From the NCBI GenBank assembly GCA_021784575.1, contig JAJYHX010000001.1:413917-477916 (forward strand): DNA of 64,000 bases. The letters are read 5' to 3'. Below are positions 10,121 to 20,273 of this stretch, in pieces (the stretch's first letter is position 1; each line of letters begins with the position of its first letter). The translations under genes were made by a program, and so were the position numbers. The notes below the pieces were generated by a model. The model saw only the letters and a program-made list of their open reading frames with translations. It was not told where the DNA came from and did not search any database. Origin of the DNA: Nitrospirota bacterium. Lineage in GTDB: Bacteria; Nitrospirota; JACRHJ01.

Positions 10121-10189
10121 GTCATTCCCGCGAAAGCGGGAATCCGGGAAGTTTAAAATTCCTGGGCCCCGTGTCAAGCACGGGGTGAC
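10121..10189 (+). repeat. GTCATTCCCGCGAAAGCGGGAATCC REP/MITE-like repeat
   Basis: Two hairpins bounded by GTCA/TGAC; family copies at 8673, 25263, 28126, 53751. Confidence 0.8.
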
Positions 10190-10227
10190 AGGCCTTACTT
10201 CTTACCAGAGCACGAACGCGAAGAACG

Positions 10228-10530
10228 TTATTTTTTAACCTGCCTCCCCAGTAACTTCTCTATGGACGCCACCTTCCCCTCGATCCTGTTCGTCCGTGTC
10301 TTCCTGTCGTCGATGCTTATCTCCGTGATGACGCGCTCCGTCTGGCCGGCCAGGAGCTGGTGGCATCTTTTTATAAGCCCCATGACCTCGTCCCAATCGC
10401 CCTCCACGACCGTCCCCATCGCGTTTACCTTGTATGGCAGGCCGGATTCGTCCACCACCTTTATAACCTTCGCCACATGCTCCGATACGGACGCCCCGAC
10501 CATCGGCCACATGGAAAATTCCACGACCAT
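10228..10530 (-). CDS. MTH1187/YkoF-family thiamine-binding protein
   Basis: VEFSMWP, SVSEHVA, SGLPYKVNAMGTVVEG, IDDR; ATG 10530 with GGAGG RBS. Confidence 0.85.
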   Translation of the reverse strand: MVVEFSMWPMVGASVSEHVAKVIKVVDESGLPYKVNAMGTVVEGDWDEVMGLIKRCHQLLAGQTERVITEISIDDRKTRTNRIEGKVASIEKLLGRQVKK

Positions 10531-10832
10531 GACGCACCTCCATAAAAAATGAACTGCAGGGGCGGTTACATGCCACGAGCTCGGCCACAATGGCCTGCTT
10601 TAAATTAGACCGTGGCTAAGAAACCGGCCCTGCAGGAACGGACTGTATAAGTTATTATGATTAAGATTAACAGAACGGGCGGAATCTGTAAAGCCGGCAG
10701 ACCGGCTTCGGGCCGGTGCAGGGCCTAACGACGCCCCAGGATTCCGTATTTTCCCGTTGATTTTTATAACCCCTTGTGTTATCAATTAGTTTTACGCGTG
10801 AAAGTTGTTTCCATTAATTAAATTTAACTACC

Positions 10833-12038
10833 ATGTCAACTGATAAACTGATAGAAGAGTCCAAGAAGTATCTCTTTAATACTTACGGGCGGTTTCCCGT
10901 GGTGTTCGTCCGGGGCAGGGGCATGAAACTGTGGGACTCCGACGGCAAGGAGTACACGGATTTTCTCTCCGGCATAGCAGTGAACAACCTTGGGCACTGC
11001 CATCCGAAGGTTGTGATTGCGCTTCAGAAGCAGGCCCAGAAGCTTATCCACGTCTCGAACTACTTCCACATCGAGCCGCAGATAAAGCTTGCGAAGGCCC
11101 TGTGCCAGAACTCGTTCGCGGACAGGGTGTTTTTCTGCAACTCCGGCGCGGAGGCGAACGAGGCGGCCATCAAGCTCGCCCGGAAGTATGCCAAAAACAA
11201 CATGGTGGGGCAAAGGCACGAGATTATCACCGCCCTGAAGTCGTTCCACGGCAGGACGATGGCCACGATTACCGCGACCGGCCAGGAGAAGTTCCAGAGC
11301 GCGTTCACGCCGCTTCTGCCGGGTTTCAAATACGTCCCGTTCGGGGACGCGGGTGCGATACGGGACGCCATTACGGAGAAGACCTGCGCCGTCATGATGG
11401 AGCCTATACAGGCGGAGGGAGGCGTCAACATCCCGCCGGAGGATTATTTCGGCGAGCTCCGGGCGCTGTGCGACGAGAAGGGGCTTCTTCTCATCCTCGA
11501 CGAGGTGCAGACCGGCATGGGACGCACCGGGAGGCTTTTCGCACATGAACACTACGGCATAAAGCCGGACATTATGACGCTTGCGAAGGCCCTTGGCGGC
11601 GGGACGGCAATCGGGGCCTGCCTTGCCACGGAGAAGGCGGCGGAGGCTTTCTCTCCGGGCGACCACGCCTCGACGTTCGGCGGCAATCCGCTGGCCTGCG
11701 CGGCGGGGCTTGCATCGCTTGAGGCCATACTCGAAGACGGCTGGCTCATCGGGTCCTGCGCGAGGATGGGGGAATATTTCACGAAGGAGCTTTTAAAGCT
11801 CAAGGAAAAATATTATTTCATAAGGGATGTCCGGGGCAGGGGGCTTTTAATCGGCATGGAGCTCGATTTCGACGCCGCGCCGATAGTCAGGCAGGCGCTC
11901 GCGGAGGGTTTCGTGATAAATTCGACAATGGGCAGCGTGCTGAGGTTCGTGCCGCCACTTGTCGTTACGGAAGAGGAGATCGACGCGCTGGTGGAGACAT
12001 TGGACAGGATATTCGAAGGCAGGCTGCACCATGACTAA
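10833..12038 (+). CDS. argD: Acetylornithine aminotransferase
   Basis: FCNSGAEANEAAIK, SFHGRT, DEVQTGMGRTG, TLAKALGGG, HASTFGGNP. Confidence 0.95.
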   Translation: MSTDKLIEESKKYLFNTYGRFPVVFVRGRGMKLWDSDGKEYTDFLSGIAVNNLGHCHPKVVIALQKQAQKLIHVSNYFHIEPQIKLAKALCQNSFADRVFFCNSGAEANEAAIKLARKYAKNNMVGQRHEIITALKSFHGRTMATITATGQEKFQSAFTPLLPGFKYVPFGDAGAIRDAITEKTCAVMMEPIQAEGGVNIPPEDYFGELRALCDEKGLLLILDEVQTGMGRTGRLFAHEHYGIKPDIMTLAKALGGGTAIGACLATEKAAEAFSPGDHASTFGGNPLACAAGLASLEAILEDGWLIGSCARMGEYFTKELLKLKEKYYFIRDVRGRGLLIGMELDFDAAPIVRQALAEGFVINSTMGSVLRFVPPLVVTEEEIDALVETLDRIFEGRLHHD

Positions 12039-12975
12039 GGACCTCCTTACCCTGGCTTCTTTTCCGGACAAGGATTTCTTCAAGGTCCTTGAGCGGGCGG
12101 AGACGCTCAAGGCCGTCCGTGCAGGAGGAGAGGAGAGGTTTACGCTAAAGGGCCGGTCTCTCGCCATGATATTCGAGAAGTCCTCGACGCGCACGCGGGT
12201 GTCCTTCGAGGCCGGGATGTCCCAGCTCGGCGGACATGCGATATTCCTCTCGCCCGCCGATACCCAGATAGGACGGGGCGAGGAGATAAGGGACACGGCA
12301 AGGGTGCTCTCGAGGTATGTGGACGCGATAATGGTCCGGACATACTCGCAGGAGTCCGTCGAGGAAATGGCGGAATATGCGTCCGTGCCCGTGATAAACG
12401 GCCTCACCGACAAGCATCACCCCTGCCAGGTGCTGGCCGACCTCCTTACGATAAAGGAGAGGTTCGGAAGGCTTGAGGGCCTCAGGCTCGCATATGTAGG
12501 CGACGGCAACAACATGGCGAACTCCCTCATCGAGGGCTGCGTCAAGGCCGGCATCGACATCTCGCTTGCCTGCCCCGAGGGCTACGACCCCGACCCCGGC
12601 GTCCTCGCATGGGCGAAGGCCGGTCAACCGGCGGCGAAGGGAGCGGGGAGAGCGAAAAAAGGGAAAGTAAGTCTTGTGCGGGAACCGCAGGCCGCCGCGG
12701 AGGGCGCGGACATCCTGTATACCGACGTCTGGGCCTCGATGGGCCAGGAGTCCGAAAAGACTGCAAGGCGAAAGCGTTTCAAGGGTTTCCAGATAAACGG
12801 GAAGCTGATAGGGAAGGCAAATCCCGGCTGCATCGTCCTGCACTGCCTCCCGGCGCACAGGGGCGAGGAAATAACGGACGAGGCCATGGAGGGCGTAAAT
12901 TCCGCCGTTTTCGACCAGGCTGAGAACCGCCTTCATGCGCAGAAGGCGCTTCTGGAACTGCTTATAACGGGCTGA
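12031..12975 (+). CDS. argF: Ornithine carbamoyltransferase
   Basis: STRTR, HPCQ, SMGQE, HCLP motifs; ATG 12031 overlaps argD end. Confidence 0.95.
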   Translation: MTKDLLTLASFPDKDFFKVLERAETLKAVRAGGEERFTLKGRSLAMIFEKSSTRTRVSFEAGMSQLGGHAIFLSPADTQIGRGEEIRDTARVLSRYVDAIMVRTYSQESVEEMAEYASVPVINGLTDKHHPCQVLADLLTIKERFGRLEGLRLAYVGDGNNMANSLIEGCVKAGIDISLACPEGYDPDPGVLAWAKAGQPAAKGAGRAKKGKVSLVREPQAAAEGADILYTDVWASMGQESEKTARRKRFKGFQINGKLIGKANPGCIVLHCLPAHRGEEITDEAMEGVNSAVFDQAENRLHAQKALLELLITG

Positions 12976-13058
12976 AGTCCGTTAAAGGTCAGCCCTTGTT
13001 GGTATATAATTGAGACACAGGGTTCCCGGACTGTCAAACAGTTAAAAGAGGTCCCCCT

Positions 13059-13799
13059 ATGAAGAAATTGCTGGTTGTTTTATGGCTTGCCGCGGTTTTG
13101 GCGCCGAGCGCCGCCTATTGCGAACAGAGCAAGATAGGCAGCCTGCTCGACAAGATCCTCGGACGGGCAAAGACTACGTCCTCGACGCTTGAACAGTCGG
13201 TCAAGCCGGGGAAGAAAGTGAATTATATAATCAGGCTTAGAAACGGCGGGAAAATAAAAACCGACAACTATACCGTCCTGAGAAACTCCATCCGCATAAT
13301 ACTCCCTTCCGGCGCGATTGTCATAAGCAAGGGCGAGATAAGGGATATACAGGTGGTCAACTCCGACGAGGTGGGCACGACGGTGCAGAAGTCCTTCGCC
13401 AGGACTCCCGGCTCCGGGGGCGCGGCGAAAAAAGAGGAGCTTGTCCCGGCGCCGGCCCCGGCCAACCCGGCGGCCCCGGGCTATAACACGGATAACTACG
13501 GCCATAACCGGTTCTGGTGGAAGGCCCGGATTAATAACTGGAAGAAAAAATACCGGAAGGCGGCGGAGAAATACAAGGAGGCCAGCGACGACTGGAGCCG
13601 GTACAACGGACTCCTTACAACCGTGAGCCCGACGTCCATCTCCGACTACCAGGTGACGGAATATCAGGACATGCGGGGCGCGGCGAGGGTCCGGATGGAC
13701 GACGCGCAGAAGGAAATGGACAAGGCCCAGAACATGATAAACAACGTCATCCCGGACGAGGCCAGGAAGGACGGCGCGCCGCCGGGATGGGTAAGGTAA
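13059..13799 (+). CDS. Hypothetical exported protein with coiled-coil C-terminus
   Basis: Signal peptide, AGAGG RBS, C-terminal ARKDGAPPGWVR. Confidence 0.75.
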   Translation: MKKLLVVLWLAAVLAPSAAYCEQSKIGSLLDKILGRAKTTSSTLEQSVKPGKKVNYIIRLRNGGKIKTDNYTVLRNSIRIILPSGAIVISKGEIRDIQVVNSDEVGTTVQKSFARTPGSGGAAKKEELVPAPAPANPAAPGYNTDNYGHNRFWWKARINNWKKKYRKAAEKYKEASDDWSRYNGLLTTVSPTSISDYQVTEYQDMRGAARVRMDDAQKEMDKAQNMINNVIPDEARKDGAPPGWVR

Positions 13800-13805
13800 G
13801 GAGAT

Positions 13806-15017
13806 ATGGTGGATAAAGGCGTCAGGAAGGTCGTCCTCGCTTATTCCGGGGGGCTGGATACATCCGTCATCATAAAATGGCTCATCGAGAACTACCACTG
13901 CGAGGTCATAGCCTTCTCGGCGGACCTGGGCCAGGGGGAAGAACTCTCTCCGCTTAACGAAAAGGCGATAAAAACCGGCGCATCGAAGATATATATCGAA
14001 GACTTGAAAGAGGAGTTCGTCCGGGACTTTGTCTTCCCGATGCTCAGGGCGAACGCGCTCTATGAGGGCAGATACCTGCTGGGCACTTCAATCGCCAGGC
14101 CGCTTATCGCAAGGCGCCAGATAGAAATAGCCCTTGCCGAGGGCGCGGACGCGGTATCCCACGGCGCGACGGGCAAGGGAAACGACCAGGTGCGCTTCGA
14201 GCTCGCGTATTACGCCCTCAAGCCCGATGTCAGGGTCATCGCGCCCTGGCGCGAGTGGAGCTTCAAGTCCCGCGAAGACCTTATCGACTACGCCCAGAGA
14301 CACGGCATACCCGTTACGGCGACAAAGAGCAAGCCCTTTTCCACGGACAGGAACCTCCTGCACATCAGCTACGAGGGCGGCATACTCGAAGACCCGTGGA
14401 TGGAGTCCACGCGCGACATGTACACCATGGCGGCGCCCGTCGAGGACGCTCCGGACAGGCCCGTATACGTAGAGGTGGATTACGAAGGCGGCAGCCCCGC
14501 CGCGATAAACGGCGTCCGGATGAGCCCTGGAAAGCTCCTTTCGGAGGCGAACAGGCTCGCCGGAGAGAACGGCGTCGGACGCGTTGACCTCGTTGAGAAC
14601 AGGTTTGTCGGGATGAAGTCCCGCGGGGTATACGAGACGCCGGGCGGGACGCTGCTACATGCCGCGCACCGCGCCGTCGAGAGCATCACTCTGGACAGGG
14701 AGGTCATGCACCTGCGGGATTCGCTCGTGCCGAGGTATGCCGAGCTGGTGTACTACGGCTTCTGGTATTCTCCGGAGCGCGAGCTCATGCAGGGGCTTAT
14801 CGACGATACGCAGAAGAACGTCACCGGGACGGCGAGGCTTAAGCTCTACAAGGGCAACTGCGATGTCGTCGGCAGGAAGTCCGCCTGCTCGCTCTATCAC
14901 CCGGAATTCGCCACGTTCGGGGAAGAGGCGGTATACAACCAGCATGACGCGGAAGGGTTCATCAGGATAAACGCGCTGAGGCTCCGCATCCGCGCGCTGC
15001 TCGGGGGCAAGGCATGA
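13806..15017 (+). CDS. argG: Argininosuccinate synthase
   Basis: [31 protein letters not shown]. Confidence 0.97.
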   Translation: MVDKGVRKVVLAYSGGLDTSVIIKWLIENYHCEVIAFSADLGQGEELSPLNEKAIKTGASKIYIEDLKEEFVRDFVFPMLRANALYEGRYLLGTSIARPLIARRQIEIALAEGADAVSHGATGKGNDQVRFELAYYALKPDVRVIAPWREWSFKSREDLIDYAQRHGIPVTATKSKPFSTDRNLLHISYEGGILEDPWMESTRDMYTMAAPVEDAPDRPVYVEVDYEGGSPAAINGVRMSPGKLLSEANRLAGENGVGRVDLVENRFVGMKSRGVYETPGGTLLHAAHRAVESITLDREVMHLRDSLVPRYAELVYYGFWYSPERELMQGLIDDTQKNVTGTARLKLYKGNCDVVGRKSACSLYHPEFATFGEEAVYNQHDAEGFIRINALRLRIRALLGGKA

Positions 15018-16417
15018 CCGATAAACCCTGGGGCGGGAGGTTCGAGGGCCCGACGGATGAGTTCGTGGAGGAGTTCACGGCCTCGGTCCCGTTCGACAGG
15101 CGGCTTTGGCGCTACGACATCGCCGGGAGCCTCGCCCACGCCAGGATGCTCGGGCGGCAGGGTATCATATCGCCCGAAGAGGCGGACAGGATCGTCCACG
15201 GCCTCGAAGAGGTCATGGGCGAGATCGAGCGCGGGGAGTTCGTCTGGAAGACCGGGCTTGAGGACGTCCACATGAACATCGAGGCCCGCCTCGTCGAGAA
15301 GACGGGCGACGCCGGACGCAAGCTCCATACCGCAAGGAGCAGGAACGACCAGGTCGCGCTCGACGTAAAGCTTTACTTAAAGGACGAGTGCGCCGCCTGC
15401 GCGAACCTCATAGACCGCCTCCAGGAAGCCGTCCTCGAGAAAGCCGAGAGGCATATCGACATTATCATGCCCGGCTACACCCACCTCCAGCGCGCCCAGC
15501 CGGTGCTTTTTTCGCACCACCTCATGGCCTACTACGAGATGCTTGAGAGAGACTCGGGCCGCTTCTCCGACGCCCTTAAGCGCGGGGACGCGATGCCGCT
15601 CGGCTCGGGGGCTCTCGCCGGGACGGGCTATCCGATAGACCGTTCGTTCGTCTCGCTGATGCTCCGTTTCCAGGGGCCGACACATAACAGCATGGACTCC
15701 GTCTCCGACCGGGACTTCAACCTCGAATACCTTTCCGCATGTTCGATACTTATGATGCACCTCTCGCGCCTCGCGGAGGAGCTGGTGCTCTGGTCAACGG
15801 GCGAGTTCGGCTTCATAAGCCTTCCCGACCGCTGCTGCACCGGCTCGTCCATCATGCCGCAGAAGAAGAACCCGGATGTCCCGGAGCTCGTGCGCGGGAA
15901 GACCGGCAGGGTATACGGAGACCTGATGGCCCTGCTCACGGTCATGAAGGGCCTGCCGCTTGCGTATAACAAGGACATGCAGGAGGACAAGGAGCCGGTC
16001 TTCGACGCCGCGGACACCGTCCGGGGATGCCTTCGGGCCATGACGGACATAGTCTTCGGCATGGAGCCCGATGCGCAAAAGATGGCCGCGGCGGCAGGCG
16101 GGAGCTATTCCACGGCGACCGACCTCGCGGACTGGCTGGCAAGGCATGGCGTGCCGTTTCGGAGCGCGCACGAGATTGTCGGGAAGCTTGTCAGGAAGCT
16201 CTCGGAGTCCGGGCGCGGCATGGACGAGGTTACGCTTGCCGAGCTTAAGGAGTTTTATCCCGGAGCCGACGAGAGCGCGTTATCCGCCCTGAAGGTTGAA
16301 AACTCCGTCGCCGCAAGAAACCATACCGGCGGCACGGCCAGGGAGGCCGTCCTCGGGCGCATAAATTCCGTCCGCGAGCTGAGGGCCGGAACCGCGAAAA
16401 CGTCCCCGCGCGACTGA
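15014..16417 (+). CDS. argH: Argininosuccinate lyase
   Basis: [37 protein letters not shown]. Confidence 0.97.
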   Translation: MTDKPWGGRFEGPTDEFVEEFTASVPFDRRLWRYDIAGSLAHARMLGRQGIISPEEADRIVHGLEEVMGEIERGEFVWKTGLEDVHMNIEARLVEKTGDAGRKLHTARSRNDQVALDVKLYLKDECAACANLIDRLQEAVLEKAERHIDIIMPGYTHLQRAQPVLFSHHLMAYYEMLERDSGRFSDALKRGDAMPLGSGALAGTGYPIDRSFVSLMLRFQGPTHNSMDSVSDRDFNLEYLSACSILMMHLSRLAEELVLWSTGEFGFISLPDRCCTGSSIMPQKKNPDVPELVRGKTGRVYGDLMALLTVMKGLPLAYNKDMQEDKEPVFDAADTVRGCLRAMTDIVFGMEPDAQKMAAAAGGSYSTATDLADWLARHGVPFRSAHEIVGKLVRKLSESGRGMDEVTLAELKEFYPGADESALSALKVENSVAARNHTGGTAREAVLGRINSVRELRAGTAKTSPRD

Positions 16418-17757
16418 TGGACCGTGAAACAAGGGAGCTTCTCACACAGATATACCGCGCCGCAGTCTCCGCCGCGGACGCCTATTCCTGCGTAAAGGAA
16501 AACCTCGCCCTCGAAGCCGAAGCCGGTCTGCCGGCGGCCGCGCTTGTAATAAACAATTCCCGCTATCTTCTTTCCGAAATTAAAAACATATATGTAATCG
16601 CCGCAGGGAAGGCCGCTTACGGCATGGCGAAGGCGGCTGAAGACGTCCTTGGGGACATGGTCAGGGAAGGCGTCTTTGTCACAGCCGGGGGCTACGGCGG
16701 CAGGGCGCTTTCACGGATTCAGGGCTTCGAGGCCTCCCATCCCCTCCCGGACGGCCGGGGCATAATCGCCGCCGGGCGTATAATGGAGCTTGCAGGAAGG
16801 GCCTCCGCGAACGACCTCGTCCTGTGTCTTCTCTCCGGAGGCGCGTCCTCGCTCATGGTCCTTCCGGCGGAGGGTATAAGCCTGAAGGACAAGCAGGAGG
16901 TAACGAGGCTCCTGCTTGCGTCCGGCGCGGACATAGGCGAGATAAACTGCGTCCGCAAGCACCTCTCCGCCGTCAAGGGCGGCAGGCTCGCCGAGGCCAT
17001 TTCCCCGGCCATGACGGTGAGCGTCATAATCTCGGACGTCGCGGGCGACGACACGGGCGTCATAGCCTCCGGCCCGACAGCCCCGGACGAGACGACCTGC
17101 CTCCAGGCCCTTGAGATATTGAAGATAAGGGGCGTATACGAAAGAATCCCGCCGTCCGTCCGGGAACGCCTGCAAAAAGGCGCGTCCGGACTGATACCGG
17201 AGACGCCGAAGCCAGGGGACGCCATTTTCGGAAGAGTTACGAACTTTGTCGCGGCCTCCAATGCCGCGGCCCTTGCAAAGGCGTCGGAGATGGCCGCATA
17301 CCTGGGCTACAGGCCGTATATCCTCAACGGTCTCCTCGCCGGAGAGGCGCGGGATGCGGCAAAGCGGCTTGCCCGGGAAGCGTTCCAGCACAAAAGGGCG
17401 AGGCGGCCGACCCCGGCATGTCTCCTGGCGGGCGGAGAGACGACCGTAACCGTAAAAGGAGACGGCATAGGCGGCAGGAACCAGGAGACGGCGCTTGCGT
17501 TCGCCATAGAGATAAAAGGGGACAGGCGCGTGTCCGCCCTTTTCGCCGGCACCGACGGTATCGACGGCCCGACGGACGCCGCCGGGGCGTTCGTCGGCGG
17601 AGAGACGATAAAAGACGCCGGGGACAAGGGGCTAAGCGCCGGGGATTATTTGCAAAATAACGACTCGAACAGCTTCTTCGGAAAGACCGGCGGCCTCTTC
17701 TCGCCGGGGCCTACCGGCACGAACGTGATGGATATAGGCGTTATATTGGTAAAGTGA
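16417..17757 (+). CDS. Glycerate 2-kinase (GckA/TtuD, DUF4147+MOFRL)
   Basis: GKAA, ASHP, SGGASSL, IASGPT, GGETTV, GGRNQE, GTDGIDG, TGTNVMD. Confidence 0.92.
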   Translation: MDRETRELLTQIYRAAVSAADAYSCVKENLALEAEAGLPAAALVINNSRYLLSEIKNIYVIAAGKAAYGMAKAAEDVLGDMVREGVFVTAGGYGGRALSRIQGFEASHPLPDGRGIIAAGRIMELAGRASANDLVLCLLSGGASSLMVLPAEGISLKDKQEVTRLLLASGADIGEINCVRKHLSAVKGGRLAEAISPAMTVSVIISDVAGDDTGVIASGPTAPDETTCLQALEILKIRGVYERIPPSVRERLQKGASGLIPETPKPGDAIFGRVTNFVAASNAAALAKASEMAAYLGYRPYILNGLLAGEARDAAKRLAREAFQHKRARRPTPACLLAGGETTVTVKGDGIGGRNQETALAFAIEIKGDRRVSALFAGTDGIDGPTDAAGAFVGGETIKDAGDKGLSAGDYLQNNDSNSFFGKTGGLFSPGPTGTNVMDIGVILVK

Positions 17758-17764
17758 ATTTTCT

Positions 17765-17794
17765 TGTAAACCTTTAACCCGGCTGGCCGTCTAA
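17765..17794 (+). promoter_or_regulatory. Putative ECF sigma promoter
   Basis: TGTAAACCTT-N13-CGTCTAA, repeated at 18530-18560. Confidence 0.7.
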
Positions 17795-17856
17795 CATTCG
17801 CGCTGGGATTAAAACCCATTTTTTTTTATGGCCCACCGGGCCGGGAGGAAAGAGGA

Positions 17857-18249
17857 ATGAAGAAGATTCTCGCAGGACTGATTATGGCCGTGCTTTTGGC
17901 CGCCCCGATGTCCATGGCTTTCGCGCAGAGCGCGAGCGCCGCTCCCGCCGCCAAGACCGCGGCGAAGAAGAAGGTAAAGAAGGCCAAGAAAAAGGCCGTC
18001 AAGAAGGCCAAGAAGGGCAAGAAAAGGGTCGTCAAAAAGGCCAAGAAAGCCAGGAGAAGGGTTGTCAGGAAGGCCAAGAAAGGCAAGAAGAGGGTTGTCA
18101 GGAAGGCAATGAAGGGCAAGAAAAGGGTCGCCAGGAAGGCAATGAAGGGCAAGAAAAAGGCCGTCAAAAAGGCAATGAAGGGCAAGAAAAAGGCTGTCAA
18201 AAAGGCCGTTAAAAAGGCCAAGAAAGCCAAAAAGGGAGCAAAGAAGTAA
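17857..18249 (+). CDS. Exported Lys/Arg/Ala-rich polycationic protein (Asr/histone H1-like composition)
   Basis: GAGG RBS, Sec signal ending AFA, about seven 11-aa repeats, no Asp or Glu. Confidence 0.8.
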   Translation: MKKILAGLIMAVLLAAPMSMAFAQSASAAPAAKTAAKKKVKKAKKKAVKKAKKGKKRVVKKAKKARRRVVRKAKKGKKRVVRKAMKGKKRVARKAMKGKKKAVKKAMKGKKKAVKKAVKKAKKAKKGAKK

Positions 18250-18529
18250 GGTTTTTTCCGGGGGCCTTCCCAGCGCGCGATGGTCCCCGGGAAAGCGCGG
18301 TCGGCCACAGTTAACACTGATAAAGGCCGGGACTTCCATGAAAAAGGCAGTCCCGGCCCCCGGCCCTCCGGCAAGGCAGGCCAGACAGTCCAGGCAGATT
18401 TTTCAAATCGGGCGTTTCCCAAACCCTCCAGCCGGAACGCGGGCAGGTCAATAGCCTCCGGACGATTTCCAAACCGGGTATTACCGCGAACCTTCGACCG
18501 AAACCCCGAACACGCCGTCCAGCCGGCGT

Positions 18530-18560
18530 TGTAAACCTTCTTCGTCTGCCATACGTCTAA
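18530..18560 (+). promoter_or_regulatory. Putative autoregulatory ECF sigma promoter
   Basis: TGTAAACCTT-N14-CGTCTAA upstream of the ECF sigma gene. Confidence 0.7.
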
Positions 18561-18867
18561 TATAATAGTTCCGCAGCCGGACGCCATGTTCCCTTGAAGT
18601 AAAGGCCCCGAATGAAGTATAATAGGCGCATACAGGGGCCGGGAGTTTAGTGTTCAGGGAGCCGGGCGCCTTGATTCAAAGGGGCATCTCGCTGAGAGAT
18701 GTCCAGCCCCGAGGTTGGTTTCAGGGGCGGGCGCCCTGGTTCAGTCCGGCAGTTTCAGCGCAGTGGGAATAGCCTGGGGCGGGCGCCTGATTTGAGGGCC
18801 GGGTTGTAAAGGCTGAATAAGACCGCCGGGGTTCGACAGGCGCGGCTGTTACACAGAAGGAAAACAT

Positions 18868-19695
18868 ATGCTGGAAGAGACGGCGACCGGTCAGTCGGCC
18901 TGTGTTGCGCCGAAGCCGGCTGGCGGGATGTCTGGCGGACAGGCGGATGCGGCGGATAGCCCGCACGGCTTTGCGAGTGGGCTCGGAGGGGCCGGGGGCA
19001 GCGCGGAAGAGACCGGGTTTATCTCCGTGCCGATGGATGCGGCGGGTGCCGGTATGCCGGCGGCGGGTTTTGGGCCGCGCCGCGTAAAAGGTCCGGGCCA
19101 GGCCGGGACAGCCCCGAACGAGCAGGAGCTTGTCGAGGCTTCGAGGAACGGAGACCCGGAGGCGTTCGGCGCGCTGGTAAAGTTGTATATGCCGAGGGCG
19201 CTTGCGTTCGCCCGGCAGATGACCGGGAACGCGGACGACGCCCAGGACCTCGCCCAGGACGCCTTCGTAAAGGCATACAGGGCGCTGAATTCCTTCAAGG
19301 GCGGCTCGTCGTTTTACACGTGGTTTGTCAGGATATTGTCGAACGTCTGTCTGGATTTCTTACGCAAAAGGACGTTCATAAAGAAGCTCTTCTTCTTTGC
19401 CGCCCCCGAGGAAGAGGATGACGGGCATGACGCGGTAGATCAGGCGCCGGATTGTTCCCGCTCGATAAAACCGGACATGCCCCTCGAACAAAAGGAACTC
19501 CGGGCGGCGCTCAGGAAGGCGCTCTTGTCGCTGCCCCCGAGGCAGCGGGTTGTATTCCTTATGAAGCACGAGGAAGACCTTAAGCTTACGGAGATAGCGA
19601 CGGCCCTGAGAATAAGCGAAGGCGCCGTCAAGGCCCACCTCTTCAGGGCGGTTGAGACCTTGAAAAAGAGCATGAAAGGGTATCGTTATGGATGA
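18868..19695 (+). CDS. ECF RNA polymerase sigma factor (true start may be downstream)
   Basis: GDPEAFGALV, DAQDLAQDAFVKAY, FYTW, LPPRQRVVF, EIA...SEGAVKAHLFRA. Confidence 0.92.
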   Translation: MLEETATGQSACVAPKPAGGMSGGQADAADSPHGFASGLGGAGGSAEETGFISVPMDAAGAGMPAAGFGPRRVKGPGQAGTAPNEQELVEASRNGDPEAFGALVKLYMPRALAFARQMTGNADDAQDLAQDAFVKAYRALNSFKGGSSFYTWFVRILSNVCLDFLRKRTFIKKLFFFAAPEEEDDGHDAVDQAPDCSRSIKPDMPLEQKELRAALRKALLSLPPRQRVVFLMKHEEDLKLTEIATALRISEGAVKAHLFRAVETLKKSMKGYRYG

Positions 19696-20272
19696 CAGGT
19701 CTTCATGTGATTTCAGCGAGAAGCTGATACTTTACCACTATGGAGAGCTCTCACGAGAGCAGGCCTCCGAGGTAGCCGCGCACGTCATTTCCTGCGCCTC
19801 CTGCCGACGCGAGCTCGATGACATCTCCTTTACGCTCTCCAGCGTTCCTGGGCCCAAGAACCCGACCTCCGGCGAGAGTTATGCCGCCGCCAAGGGCGTT
19901 ATGCGCAGGCTTTTCCGAAAGCCCTCCGCGTTCAGGAGGTTTGTCCCCGTCTACATCACCGCCGCCGCTGCGATAGCCGCCGTGTTGATAGCTTTGTATT
20001 ATCCCGGTTTTAATGCCGGACGGCAGCCCATGCAGGCGCAGGCGGTAAAGGCCCCCGCGCCGGTGGATTGGGAAGTCCTGAACAATATCGATGTAATAGA
20101 CGACCTCGACGTCATACACCAGATAGACCAGAGCGGCCTGGACCAGCTGGGGCCGATAAGGGAATCCCGGCACAGCGTCAGGGCGAGGATGGCGGACAAG
20201 GGGCCTGTCAAGGCGGGAATCAGCGCGGACGGCGGGCGTCCTGAGATTGCCGAGGCAAATAACGGCGGATAA
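19688..20272 (+). CDS. Zinc-binding (zf-HC2) transmembrane anti-sigma factor
   Basis: HVISCASC (HxxxCxxC), one TM helix, overlaps sigma stop. Confidence 0.85.
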   Translation: MDDRSSCDFSEKLILYHYGELSREQASEVAAHVISCASCRRELDDISFTLSSVPGPKNPTSGESYAAAKGVMRRLFRKPSAFRRFVPVYITAAAAIAAVLIALYYPGFNAGRQPMQAQAVKAPAPVDWEVLNNIDVIDDLDVIHQIDQSGLDQLGPIRESRHSVRARMADKGPVKAGISADGGRPEIAEANNGG

Positions 20273-20273
20273 G

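Noticed and set aside
17809-18587. Minus-strand ORFs with FLAFL-type hydrophobic repeats
   Set aside because: Antisense shadows of the Lys-rich gene, which has the RBS, signal peptide and promoter
18653-18796. Mini CRISPR array
   Set aside because: Repeats are too degenerate, spacing is unequal and there are no cas genes
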